Shown here in pieces: positions 1-12,515 of a stretch of 64,000 nt of DNA. How positions within the stretch are numbered: position 1 is the stretch's first letter; each line of letters starts with the position of its first letter. Origin of the DNA: Octopus sinensis (lineage: Eukaryota); contig NW_021831828.1 in assembly GCF_006345805.1 (NCBI RefSeq), forward strand, positions 978-64,977, given 5' to 3'. Position numbers and translations under genes: made by a program. The notes under the pieces are model-generated. The model did no database searches, was not told where the DNA came from, and saw only the letters and a program-made list of their open reading frames with translations.

Positions 1-2096
1 GATCCCGAGGCTGGAACTTTGGAAATAAGAGACACAGGAATTGGGATGACTAAGGAAGACCTCATAAAACATTTGGGAACCATTGCCGACTCTGGAACTT
101 CAGAGTTTTTCAAAAAATTTGAAAATTCTGACACTGAGGGCCAAAATGACTTAATTGGAAAATTTGGGGTCGGATTTTACTCTTCTTTCCTCGTTTCTGA
201 GAAAGTGGCGGTCATCTCGAAACACAACGACGACCAACAGTACATTTGGACATCTGACGCCTCCTCATACACCGTGGTCCCCGATCCGAGTGGGAATACT
301 TTGGGACGAGGAACTAAAATTATTCTATTCCTCCGTGAGGAAAGTCGTGAGTTCCTTGAAGTCTTCAAATTGGATTCGATGTGTAGAAAGTTCTCTCAAT
401 TCTTGTCTTTTCCGATATATTTACGCGACAAAAAAAACGTGTACGATTCGGATGAGTCTGAAAACAAGGAACCGAGGACCGAAGAATATTGGAAACATGT
501 CAACACGGTAAAACCTCTTTGGCAAAGAAAGTTTGTCCCCCACAAATTATTTAAGTCCGAGTGAAGTAGAGGAGAGTGAATACAACGAATTCTACCAGCA
601 TTTGACAAAAGATAGCAGCCCTGTCATGTTCTACAGTCACTTTAAGGCAGAGGGGGATGTCAGCTTTTCGGCAATGATCTTTGTCCCTTCCAAGCTTGTG
701 CTTGAAAACTTGCCAAAGAACAATGTTAGAGTTTGTACATTTGGTGGTTGATCTTAAGTTATATGTTCGCCGTGTTTTTATTTCAGACATTTTCAATGAT
801 AATGAGTTTATGCCTTCATATTTGCGTTTTCTTGTCATTTTGATCGATTCTGACGATCTCCCACTCAACGTCTCTCGTGATCAATTGCAGGAGAGCAACT
901 TGCTCAAAATAATCCGAAAGAAAATAATCAGAAAATTTATTGAAACTGTTTCCAAACTCCCAGAAGAAAAAAGACAGGAGTTTTGGAAGGAATATGGAAT
1001 TCAGTAGCTTTTGTTGTTTTTTATTTCAGAATTAAAATGGGAATTAATGAAGACACTGGAAACAGAAATCGGCTTGCAAAAATAACTCATTTCTACTCTT
1101 CAATCTCGAACGAGACGATGACAACCCTGGATGACTATGTGGACAGAATGGATCCGAAACAACCCGCAATTTACTACATTGGCGGAGATTCCCTCCAAAC
1201 TGTCCAAAAGTCCCCATTCGTGGAACGACTTATGCGGAGGAATTATGAGATACTATATTTGTTGGATCCCGTGGATGAATATGCAGTGGGGCATCTGACG
1301 GAACACAAGGGAAAAAGATTCCAGAATATTGCTAAAGGAGATATTGAGATATCTGAGTCGGATCAAGTCGCCGAGCGCAGAGCACAGTTGGAAGTCGAGT
1401 ATAAGGAATTTGGAGACAGAATTAAGTCAATTCTTAACGTCTTGATTTCCAAAGTGAAATTGTCACACCGATTGGTCAATACGTCGTGTGTGGTTGTGGC
1501 CGACACAGACGGACTGACTGGAAATATGGAGAGGATAATGACGGCACAGACCGCTCACAGGGCTCAGGATCCAACTGCCAGGTGAGAGACAAGGATTGAG
1601 GATTGGTAGATATTATATGCAAATGAAAAAGATTTTGGAAATAAATCCATATAGCTCACTTGTCAAGAAGTTGAAGAGTGACTTTGATGTACTTGGTGTT
1701 GATAATTTGTAGGTTCATGGTGGTAATGATACCGAGTGGGTGGACACTCTAAAGTTTTTTTATCAGATCTGCATGATGAGGTCTCAATATACCCCGCGTG
1801 ATTCGATTGGATTTGCTAATCGTGCCGAAAAACATTTGAAAAATAGTTTGCAAGTGAATGATGACGATTTTTCCAATGAAGTAGTTTTTAAGTATTTTAG
1901 TGTTTTTTAGTTGTTTTTAATTGATGACGATATCGAAAATTCAGTAGATGTTACATCGGAGGGGGATACGTCTAATAAGATTTTTGAACCATCAATGGCT
2001 GACAGCTTGCCTCAACCAGAGGACGCTGACATCACTGCTGATCCTGTTACTGAGGTTTTCTGTATTAATCTGATTTAGGCTAATCAGGAATTATAA
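1..2096 (+). CDS. HSP90B1: Endoplasmin / GRP94 (ER Hsp90), 5' part outside the window, 7 short introns
   Basis: Hsp90 motifs IRDTGIGMTKEDL, LGTIADSGT, IGKFGVGFYS and LYVRRVFI. Removing GT-AG introns 531-555, 731-758, 1004-1029, 1582-1609, 1689-1712, 1881-1910 and 2055-2078 gives one frame ending ANQEL-stop (TAA 2094-2096), a KDEL-like ER signal. Confidence 0.93.
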
Positions 2097-2244
2097 CGTT
2101 TAGTTATTTAATTCTTTGTTCGGGTGTTTTTTTCTTTGCCTTTTACCTATAATGTGTTAATTCGTTTTAAGAGAAATTAGTTATTAAGGATGCTGATATT
2201 ATTTTGTTCTATATTTTTAGGACTGTATTTTCCCGGTTATTTTA

Positions 2245-3462
2245 TGTCACCGTCCAGATAGGTCGGGGCGCCAGATCGGTTATGTATAAAATTTTTAATA
2301 AAAACTACCTTTCGGAAGTTATTTTCTTTTTCTGGTCATTCTTTTGTTGATTTTAATATTATTTTTGCAAAAATATTGAAGTTACTGAGTTCATAAAAAA
2401 CCAACATCCAGTCATTTCCAGATAATTACCGTATTGATTTTGCATTTTATTTAAAAACGCTTTAACCAAGGTTAGCCAAACAATTTTCAACAATAAAGTT
2501 TATTAGAAAAATCCATTTTTAATTTTTAAAAATGTTGTAAATTTCTATTTTTATCATTAAAACTCTAAAATACAATCCGGCCTACGGCCGGATGATTAAA
2601 TGTGAATATTTTTCCCTATGCGGCCTTCGGCCGCGTCGAATTTGTAACAATGGCACAATTATTTCACAATTAAGTAAATATGGCACGAGAAAAAACACAG
2701 AACGAACCCCATGAATATTTGCAGTTAAAGTTTTTTTACTCTGCTAATATGTATCCTTTGATCTTTTTCATCCTCTTCATTAATTATCGTTACGAGTTCT
2801 CGATCCCTATTTTTCACAATATATTTTTGTGCAGATATCTCGTCGTATAATGGGTATTTTCTATAACCCGGGTTTGCATCCCCATCATGGCGTATTAAAA
2901 TTTCATCGCCACTTTAAACTTCATCATATTTCCATTTTCTCCGCCTTTTCATTTTTTCTTCCGATTTTACAATATTTTCAAGGGCTTTTTTCTTTTTTTT
3001 CACGACCTCAGAATTTGTTAGTTTTTTATTTGGTTTCTCCAAATCAGTTCCGAACAAGAGATCAAAAGGCCTTTGTTTTGTAGTTTCTTAAGTTCTGTGT
3101 CTTCGATACAAAAAAAACGCAACTTTGAGCCATTTTTAGAAATGTAGGTGTTGTTCTCCTTGAAACTAAATTTTTTGGCATATCTCCGTATTCATGCCCT
3201 TTCTTCCGAACTCAAGGAATCATCAGGGTGGCCTGATTCCAAATACTCCCTAATTTTTTCGAGGGTGTCTCGAGTTAATTCAACTAAAACCATTGATTAA
3301 TGCTAATCTTTTCAACTTTTTAGAACTTTTTTATTAATAAGATTTTATTTTTTTATTATCAATATTTTTTTGCAATGAAATGTTTTGTAGGAAAAATATT
3401 TGTTTTGTATTTAGATAATTGACCTGACCGATCTGGCGCCCCGGCCGGTCTGGACGGTGACA
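2245..3462 (-). mobile_element. Internally deleted Ginger-type (Gypsy-integrase-related) DNA transposon
   Basis: About 36-bp imperfect TIRs (TGTCACCGTCCAGA... / ...TCTGGACGGTGACA) with 5-bp TSD TTTTA at 2240-2244 and 3463-3467. The minus strand encodes decayed integrase flanks (KIREYLESGHP...IRRYAKKF; RPFDLLFG...GDEILIR) with the catalytic core missing. Confidence 0.8.
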
Positions 3463-3528
3463 TTTTATGTTTACTAATATTTTATTAATTAAACGATGTT
3501 GTTATAGTTGAAATAATTTTTCCAAAAT

Positions 3529-4074
3529 TTGTTTTTTTTTAAAAACAAAAATAATTTAACTGAATGCGATCGAAACAAAAAATTATGCGATCTAAATAAT
3601 CAAGCTTCTACACAAGATAAATCATCTAAACTAATTCCCGAATTCCAATCAATTTATCAAACATTTGATTATGAAGATATTAACAACTTTTTGCAACATT
3701 TATTAAATATAGGAAAAGATTTGATTCTCCTATTCCAAGATATTTTTAAATTAGAAATTCCATCTTGGATGATTAATCCTTTTTTGTCGAAGCCAGAAGA
3801 AGAAAAAGGAAATATTCAAGAGGAATTAATTACTTTAAAATTCAATCCAGACTTAAAACTATACTATGAAAATTCAAAAACGTCAGTTATTTTTTGGCAA
3901 AATATCAAAGTGAAAGAGACTTATCCAAAATTGTGCAACGAAAAGCACGATTGCTACTCTATTTTCCGACATCATACTGTGTTGTATATAAAATTTTTAA
4001 GGGGGTCGATTAAATATTAGGGGGGTCAAAAAAATCAGGGGGTTGACAAGTAAAAAAAAGGTTGAGAACCCCTG
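3529..4074 (+). mobile_element. hAT (Buster/Charlie-like) 3' remnant
   Basis: C-terminal transposase text (LEIPSWMINPF...QEELITLK...FW...YPKL) followed by the right TIR GGTTGAGAACCCCTG ending at 4074. Left end not found. Confidence 0.7.
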
Positions 4075-4619
4075 ATTTAAAGCATCAAACAAATGACTCG
4101 ACCGGTTCAAGAAAAGGCACGAGTTATAAAATTCTACTAAGAATTATACTTATACCATTGAACGCTTACATAGTATATAGTCTATTTGATTATAATTCAG
4201 TCCTGAGTTTCTTTATTTTCTCTATAGAAGTGCACTAAAAAGAGCCACGACCATCTTCGAAGCTCTTGACTGTGTTTGCCGAGAATTACTTATCGTGGTC
4301 TTGTAGAATTTTCTGGCTGAGGATGATACGGGTACTGTTCATACTTCAAAGACGCCGTTAAATTTACGCTAATCTTTGAAATAGTCAGACATTGAATCAT
4401 ATTCTCTTCCTTTGAATTTTCATGCTGGAAAATTAAACAATTATATCTCGTTGCAATATTCATTTGATAGACAAAACGGCCTCGGTGTCTGCTTCCTTTA
4501 TCAGATTTTAATTTTGAAAAATACTTAAACACTTATAAAAGGATTAAAACAATTATTAACACGATAGAACACTGATTGACAGCGAGTTTAGAAAAATTTA
4601 CATAGCATTAATCATTTAT

Positions 4620-5660
4620 TTAAGTTTTTTATTCTTGCGTCGCACGACCTGTGAGGAATAGGTTAAATCCGTTTTTTCCCATGTGTCGAAAAGAGCTTCC
4701 AGGATACCCAGGAATGGGTGGCCTACCCTGCTTCAGTGCATCGATCGACGCCTTAGCTTGAACCTATCAATGAATTCACTGAAGAAGCTGAACAAAATCC
4801 CTCCTCCTGGCTCGCAGGGGAGGACTCGCGCTGTGGTTAAGCCGTCAGGATACCCTCCGTGTTCCGAAAAACACGAGCATTAGGATAGCGAGTCATCGCC
4901 TTGACAACCCGCAAATTGACATATCGTCGTCATCAACGTGGCTGAAATATGGGAATGACTCTCCCCGATCAGACAGGTTATTCTCACAACGGAAACAGTG
5001 TAATAACTGTAAAAGTAAGGCAATGACCATTGACCATTTAGCCACGAAGTGCGGAGTATGCTTTACTATAATTACACATGGAGACATAACGAGATGGTGA
5101 AGTCCCTTCGTCTTTTGCTCTGCAATAAGTGAGTCTTGGGACGGTCCAGAAAGTTGCAAAACCATCGAGTTCAATCGTTGTGTGAGAACTCAAAGGTGTG
5201 CATTAAAGTGGATACCCCCATACGCACCTCGATTGTTGTCCAGCACAAACCGGATATTGTGGTCCACAATAAGGTCACCGGGGAGATTGTTATTGTGGAT
5301 GTGGACATCACGTGCCTAGACAGTTTGCAGTTTGCAGAAAGTGTAAGTGGAAATAGGAGGAAGTATGATTTCCTTGCAAACGAGCAAGGGATAATGCATC
5401 AGTTCAAAGTCAATGTCATTCCGTGTGTGATGCCATGGGATGGACTGGTCACCAAATACCACAAGAGGTACTTAAGACTGCTGGGTGTAGACAAGTCTCT
5501 ACAGGGTAATATGCAGTCAACTGTTCTTGAGAGGACTCTGGAGAGTGTCTCGTTTGATCCTTCCCTGACATTTACTCAGCACTTTCTCAAAGGTCTACAG
5601 TGCCAGAGAAGAAAAGGTGCGTGGAGTGCCATTCTCTGTTCACTTCTAAGGCTCTGCACT
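4620..5660 (+). mobile_element. Degenerate RLE non-LTR retrotransposon 3' part (R4/NeSL-type)
   Basis: STWLKYGNDSPRS, CNNC...TIDHLATKC and HNE motifs, then the RLE core KPDIVVHNK...IVIVDV...RKYDFLANE...WDGLVTKYH. Frameshifted. Confidence 0.72.
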
Positions 5661-6712
5661 TAGGCAATTAATTAGTTTTTTTATCCATAAAGTTTAGTTT
5701 ACCTGACCATGAATCCATGGTGTTTTAGGGCTTCCGCATATGTGTATGATTTTTAAGTAATTACACATTGTTTCCATACATTTATTCTTAAATTCTTTTA
5801 CATTATCCTTCTGTAGAATTAACGGTTCTGATAATTTTCTGTATCTTTTTTTAGATTTCTCCAAAATTATTTATTTTTTAAATAACGTTGAGGGGCTATT
5901 ACCCAACCCGGAGTATTATCCAACCCGTGACATAATATGATTAGAAAATGTTTTTGGGATGTGAGAGAATGTGAAAAAATATTTATGGGTACGAGCTCTC
6001 AAAAGGTTTGGAAGCCCTGCTATAAACAATAATTCCATTAGTCTCGTGCATGTATGATTTTTGAGGTTATTTTGTAGGTTATGGTTCAAGAACTTAATTT
6101 TCCCGAATTATTAATCTGAAGATCTTTTAACTTTTCTGGGTTTAAAACCGTAGATTGTTAAAAGTTTTTTTACTTTGATAGTTTTAAAACCATTAAAAAA
6201 GCCACAACAAAACCATAATTTAGTGCAATTCACAAAGAATTTATTCTCAAATTATTATACTATGATGCAGTGCCACAGTCTATCATAACTATAAATATAA
6301 GAGACATTTGCGATTCATAACGAGCTTGCTATAGAAAAATGAAAGTAAGTTTCATATTTTGTCAATTTTATCGTTAAATTAAATTTATTTCATTTTAAAG
6401 ATAAATCAATTTTTGTCGGATTTAAACAAAAATATGCAGATAATAAGAAAAGAAACCTCCGAAAATACCTTAATTTTTCTCATCATTTTTACATATAAAA
6501 ATCAGCAAAGTCTATTAAATTACAAAATTTACATTACACGAATTTTAGATTGGGTGATAAGTTTCTGGATAAACACTACCATCCAACACCGAGGATCTGA
6601 GTTTTGCAGTATTAGGATTAAGAATTTGTGATCGACCGAGTCAAAATGTTTTTTAACATCAATCTACATAGAAAAGAACTTATTCTCATTTTTTTAGTTT
6701 ATAAACTAATTG

Positions 6713-7522
6713 CAGATGACGTCGACTTCGTGTCAGACGACAAATCGGCCTTACTTCGACTCCTTGAAGTGGCACCTGCTGAGCTGAACAGATGGTTCCT
6801 TAAAATGAACGTTGGAAAAACCGACATCGTTGAAATCATGAGGATGGAGAGCAGCTCAAGTGAAGCCTGGCGCAAAACGAACAAACTCGGTTCTCTACTT
6901 GGGGACGGCCATGATATTGTCAGAAGAAAGGCTCTCGCTTGGGCCACGATGAACAAGATAAAGAAAGAGTGGATCGGCAAACGACGACTCTGTACGTCAC
7001 TTCGTCTGAGGATGTATGAAGCCTTTGTCAAACCAATCCTGACATATAATTCGGCGACCTGGGGAATGTCTAGTACTGAACAACGTGGACTCGATTCTTT
7101 TCACCGCAGGCAACTTAGATCCCTACGGATTGAACTGGCCTATAAGAATCAACCAGGAATCGCTATACAATAGATGCAGAACTGGCCCTCTGAGTGTGGA
7201 AATCGTCAATATGCGGTGGAGGTTATTGGCCATATTCTACGAATGGACATGCTTGCCCCAGCTAACATAGCAATGGAGGGCTACTTCCTGAAAGAGGGAT
7301 CGAGCTTCCGTGGACGTCCACGTGTTACGCTGCGGAAACACTTGACGGAGACCTGAAATGTGTGAAGAAAAGGCTAAGGAGTGGTGAGGATCTGGACGAG
7401 CTGAGGAAACTCGCTCACGACAGAGGAGGTTGGAGGAGGCTGGTTCAAAGGATTGTTTTTAATGCTGCACGAGTAAAATTATAACTAATATGATTCTACG
7501 TATGTTGCAAATAATAATAATA
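6713..7522 (+). mobile_element. 5'-truncated RTE-clade LINE
   Basis: Starts in the RT ADD motif (ADDVDFVS) and contains RLRMYEAFVKPILTYNSATW. Ends in a (TAA)n tail; 12-bp TSD ATAAACTAATTG at 6701-6712 and 7523-7534. Confidence 0.85.
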
Positions 7523-7797
7523 ATAAACTAATTGACGATTGTCTTTTTCTGGCTTTTTGACACACTCTTCGCGTTCCAAGCTAGTATTTATTTGATATAC
7601 TTGTGGTTAAGATTTTTATTAAAAATGGTTATTAAAATATATACTTTATTAAAATATATAATTTTTGTTGTTTTTATAAAAATAAAAATGTTATATGACC
7701 TATTTTAGTTTAAAAATAATAAAATAACCAAATTAAACGACTTTGTGATTTAATTTTGGTTTTGTTACGAAACGTACATTATTAAATAGATCTTAAA

Positions 7798-9093
7798 ATG
7801 GGGGAAATATATGACCTAAACATACCTTCAGTATCTTGTTTTGCCTTAAACAACAACAGCACAAGTATAGATAACTTTAATTCCCTTTATCCGCTTAATA
7901 TTCATTAATTAATTCCAGCTCTTGTTGCTTCCCCTTCAAACAAGGAAATCCGTGTTTACAAACTTACTGGCAAAAAGTGGGAGTACTCCGAGACCTTAGG
8001 ACAACACACTCAAACTGTCACCCGACTGAGTTGGTATCCCAACCAAGACAAGTTTCTGTCTTGTTCCTCGGTAAATACATCTCCATCAACGTTAGGACAG
8101 GAACGCCTTCGTCTGGTCGTTAGAGAATGGCAAGTGGACTCCTCAGTTGGTTGTCCTTGGAATCAAGTTCAGTGCCTGCTGTGGGTCGGTCTCCCCTAAA
8201 GGTGTCTTTATTTGCTGCTTAGTACTTTAATAGGACAGAAATTGGAGTTGGTTGCAGTGACAAACTCGTTTCCGTGTGTTTCTACCGAAAGTCTGACAAC
8301 TGGTATACAGGAAGGAGGATAAAGAAGCCCATTCTGTCGACAATTACCTGGTTGTGTGTCATTGGTCACATTAGCATTGACTGGCACCCAGATGAGGTCA
8401 TGTTGGCTTGTGGATCAACTGATTCTCGAGTCAGGTAATGTATAACGTTCTGGGATATTCCAGAGTGTTTTCAACGTACACCAAAGATCTCGATCCATCC
8501 TCTTCGGAAAGCGAATGTGGGAAGTTTGGCGACATGTACTTGGAGACGAGGAGTTGCTACAGCGGATTCGTCAATGATGTAAAATTCTCCCCTTCTGGGA
8601 AATACTTGGCATTTGCTGCCCACGATGCCACTCTCAATGTGGTCGAAATGTCCTCTAAGAACATGTATTGTACCATGTGAGTCCTCAGAGTAGCAGTTCT
8701 CGATTTGACTAGTCTTCCTCTCAAGTGCATCATCTGGACTAGTGAGACCAGTCTTATTGGCGGAGTTTGTCTCTTGTGGTTATTTGCTAGGGATTCGACT
8801 TTATTCCATTTCAGTACGAGTTCAAGAAAAACCATTTGAGCAAAGTGAAGGACATGGACAAGCCCAAGGCAGTCCAGGCTTCGGGGCAGTCTGCAATGAG
8901 CAAATTTAAGAACCTGGACAGGACAGCTCAAGAGGACGACGTAGTGACTGCCAACACTGTGCATGCCAATACCATAATGTGCTTAGTTTAAGTTAGTTTT
9001 AGAGATATCAAACCATTCGCGAGGTCTGGTAATAGTGTCAGTAAAGTAGCTTCAATGTCTATTGAAGGACGGTTTGCAGTCTGGGCTATCTAA
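7798..9093 (+). CDS. ARPC1: Arp2/3 complex subunit 1 (WD40), multi-exon
   Basis: Spliced translation gives DRNAFVW, KKPILSTITCIDWHP, LACGSTDSRVRVFS and KFSPSGKYLAFAAHDATL. Introns include 7865-7918, 8071-8095, 8351-8374 and 8435-8463. Confidence 0.88.
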
Positions 9094-9319
9094 TCCATTC
9101 TTTAATTCTAAGGAGATTCCTTTGGAATAACATTTATGAGTTGAATGATGGCTAATAAATTATTTTCCTTGTTTCGTTTTTAAATTTTTTCGTTTACTTA
9201 TTCTTCATTTGAAATTGGGAAAATTGTGGAAATAAACCAATTTTATTTATTTCGAAAAATTGTTTTTTAATTTTCTTTCTTGTCTCAATAAAATTCAACT
9301 TTGGACACTGCTTCCCATT

Positions 9320-10000
9320 CCAATTAATTGTTTATTGCAGACTGGCTACGCATGCCGTAAAAACCTTCCGGCACTGCGCTTGCAAGAAAATGGGTGGAAA
9401 TCGTATCGGTCGACCGTTTTGTCCCACATACAACGAGCCTGGCATATTTCTAAGTCGAGCCTAGACTTGTTTTCCAGCAAAAGTCCGGCAGAGGACAAAA
9501 GTAACACCTTTAGCTAGTCACCGGAATGCGGTTTACAGGCTGCATTCAGGCGTGCGAGCTGGCGTTGATCATTTTGGGTTCAAAGGTTTTTCAGAAGTTT
9601 TTAACTTCAGTTTCTCGAGACGCATTGATCTACAAAAACGCAAGTCCGGAAGAAGACCAGACATTGGCAGCCCTCGCTTAGCACCTAGACTGTTTAGGAT
9701 AAGGGAAGGGGCCATGAATGAAAGGTAGAAAGCAAAAGCGAGGTTAAAGCAATTGCGAAAACCAATCCTTTCGTGCTGGATTTCAATGTTCGCTCCTGAA
9801 ATAAGCTTTAAATCAACAGGGGTGTTTAAAATTGTTTCAGCGTGCGAATACGAAGGTATCAAGAACCGATAGCTGTTTTTAGGACAAAAGGAGGGAAACG
9901 ACTGGAGAGAAAAAATAGGTGTAAAATGGACAGAAAATTCTTTAGAAAAAACGACGACACTGGAAAGAAGGCAAATTGCGACTACCAGACTCGGACATGA
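9320..10000 (-). mobile_element. Degenerate CRE-clade retrotransposon fragment
   Basis: Minus-strand remnants VDRYDFHPFSCKRSAGRFLRH and AWLNAA, with many stops and frameshifts. Confidence 0.6.
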
Positions 10001-10099
10001 TGACGCAATTATCCATGTAATTTTAAAAAAAACCAATTTTCAAAAAAGCATCAAATTGTTGACGTGGACCACTTGACAAAACTGTTGATTAAAGGGTGG

Positions 10100-10500
10100 C
10101 GAAGATAAGGTTCCGACGATGTTCACGCATGATACGGCATGCGTAGCTTGTACGAAATGTCTCTCTTCTATTTCCAGGGAGAACGGGTTCAGATGCCCGA
10201 TATGTCAGCAATATTTCCACCTCAGCTGCCTCAAAATTTCGAAAAATGTTTCAATAAAGATTCCCAACCTGCTTTGCCTTTCATGTTTTTTGCTTCGGAT
10301 TCTTTACGGAGCACTCCTTTCCATTCGTTTCTTTCACACGAGTATATATGAAAGTTAAACCGAAACGTCCTTTCCGAGGTCCCTGAGACAGCAAGGACTT
10401 TTCCAACTGGCTCTATTGATCAGCCTTAATCTTAATTTTGACAATTGAGGAATCATATAGAGACTGTGAAAAGACGGCAAGATTCGAACAATGCAGACAA
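10100..10500 (+). mobile_element. PHD-finger-like fragment, probably the N-terminal part of a retroelement ORF
   Basis: CVACTKC...CPIC...HLSC...CLSC Cys/His spacing in ORF 10119-10358; flanked by CRE pieces. Confidence 0.45.
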
Positions 10501-10629
10501 TGAAACAAACAATTTCAGAATAGGAAATAATCACAAAAAGAAAACAATTTCTAATGCTAAGCACCAAGTGATAAATAAAACAAGTTAGATGCTAGCTCGA
10601 GTTAATGGATGAAAGAGTAGTCAAGATCC

Positions 10630-11150
10630 TAAGGGTCGACTCAACAACGCTGCATTGCGTATTCAATGGCAGTTTATACGGAGCACTGAGACGAGCTAAA
10701 AGAGCCAGCTTGTCCTCCTCTGGTCGTTTGTTTTTTAGGAGATTCTTCTACCAATGCCAGTGAGGAGTTGAGTTGCGGTCTTAGCGACGATTCCTGAAAT
10801 TTAGAAGGGAAGGGGGGCAAACTCAAAAGAGTCTGGAATACACAGGTATTTCGTTCTCGAATTTTTCGGTCTGAGGACTGGCGGAGCCCGATTGCTGCAA
10901 GTATTAGTGACATTGTCGCCAAAAAAGAGTCGACAGAGATGGCGTCCTAAACCAGGGACTTGCCTTCCCTAAAAGGAAAGGTCGTCATCTCTTCGAGATG
11001 CTTAATGTCGCTCCGGAAAAGGTCGACTGGCTTTAAACTGGAAGGGAAATCCTCCGACTGGAGCCCTCCTGAAAACGTCATTAAGTTGAATGTGGCGAGG
11101 AATTATACCGGCACTCTTCTTACACGACAAGGCGTGCAAGCCGTTCGACG
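10630..11150 (-). mobile_element. CRE-clade retrotransposon 3' fragment, degenerate
   Basis: NGLHALSCKKSAGIIPRHIQLNDVFRR motif; recognisably similar by eye to 46290-46690. Confidence 0.7.
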
Positions 11151-11199
11151 AAACTATGAACTCGCAGATTTTAAAGCTTAAAATCAATAACATTTAAAC

Positions 11200-12090
11200 A
11201 CTAAATTTCTCAAGATGAAATATTAAAAGTATCTTGAAATATTATAAATAAAAAATCAAATTTAGGATTCCAGATTTTGAATTTCGTCACAAAAAAACTC
11301 TGAATCCCTGACTGAATTGAAGCATTCAAAAAAATTTTCCGGGAAGCATAAATCCCTCTAAACAGTATCTCACCCCAACAAATACCTCCAACGATCCACC
11401 AGGAAGTACATTGAAAGATATAAATTGATTCGAAGTTGTAATTACCATCAAACAACGTCCCTTAAATATGACTATATCAGCAATCTTGTCCTCCAAATTA
11501 TACTCCGCAGACACCTCCAATCGATCCATATCGAGAGAAACACTCACCAGTTTATTGTCGCTACTCTATGATTATAAATCTACAAACTGAGAAAGTATTA
11601 GCAAAGAACACTCGTCACACCACACAAGGCACTGAATCCCCCGATCTAAAACACAGGAGTGCAGAGGAAGGCCAGAGTCGACGTCCCAGAGAAATATTTT
11701 ATTGTCCTGTCAATATTTTGTAACCAATTTGACTAACTTGACCAACTGAGATTAATCGATTAAAGTGAGAGGTGACAGATATGAGGGCCTTTAAGGCACT
11801 GTCTGGAGAATTTGAGTCCGTCAAATGACCAAGACATATAGAATTAATGACAAATGAGTTCGGAGGTCTCAGTGATATCCTAATTTTACCATTGCGGTCT
11901 CCAGTAGCAATTAGGTGAGGCCCCACATCACACTATTCTCAAAAATATACAAAATATACCAAAACAGTGACGCTGGAAATATGACTGCAAACAAACAAAA
12001 GTTCTTTTCCATTTATTTGACCCTGGAAGACATTTCCTCTTTTATCGGCAATTAAAAGTGTGCCGGCATCGTCGATGAAAGAAAAGACTG
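11200..12090 (-). CDS. WDR4: tRNA m7G methyltransferase non-catalytic subunit (WDR4/Trm82-like), multi-exon; ends approximate
   Basis: LIADKRGNVF...SHISSV and LIATGDRNGKIRIS...INSICLGH match the WDR4 ADK.GDV and TADRDEKIRVS...CLGH motifs; short introns. Confidence 0.68.
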
Positions 12091-12515
12091 AAATCCTTTT
12101 ATTCAAATTACTAATTAATTAAGTAATGTCAATACAAGGATTGGACGTGTATTTTTTGTTGTAGATCATATATATTTAACTTTGTAGGATTTACTAAGTC
12201 TAATTGAGCAAAATATGTTCCACATTTTGAAAGGGAATTAAGAACATTATTATTTGGACTGATATTTAGTTTGATAGTAGTGACGTGATCGTTACTTTGT
12301 AGTTTAAAATAAAAGTATACTCAAAATTCCAGCATAGCAATTTAATTGGAGAATAAATGATCAAATTATTTTTACTGCAAAATAATGATTTCATTGAACA
12401 ACAAAAACTGATAAAAGTCACGAGATGGATTTTTCCTTACTTATTCTTTAATTTTTATATAAAATTTAAATAAATAAATATATGCTCATTTTATTTAAAA
12501 AATTTCATAAAATTG

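Noticed and set aside
155-868. Alternative-frame and antisense ORFs over HSP90B1
   Set aside because: Shadows of the real coding sequence with no recognisable motifs.
5725-6019. Possible hAT MITE (TAGGGCTTCC ... TTTGGAAGCCCTG)
   Set aside because: The flanking 8-mers do not match and the left TIR is poor; at most a solo end.
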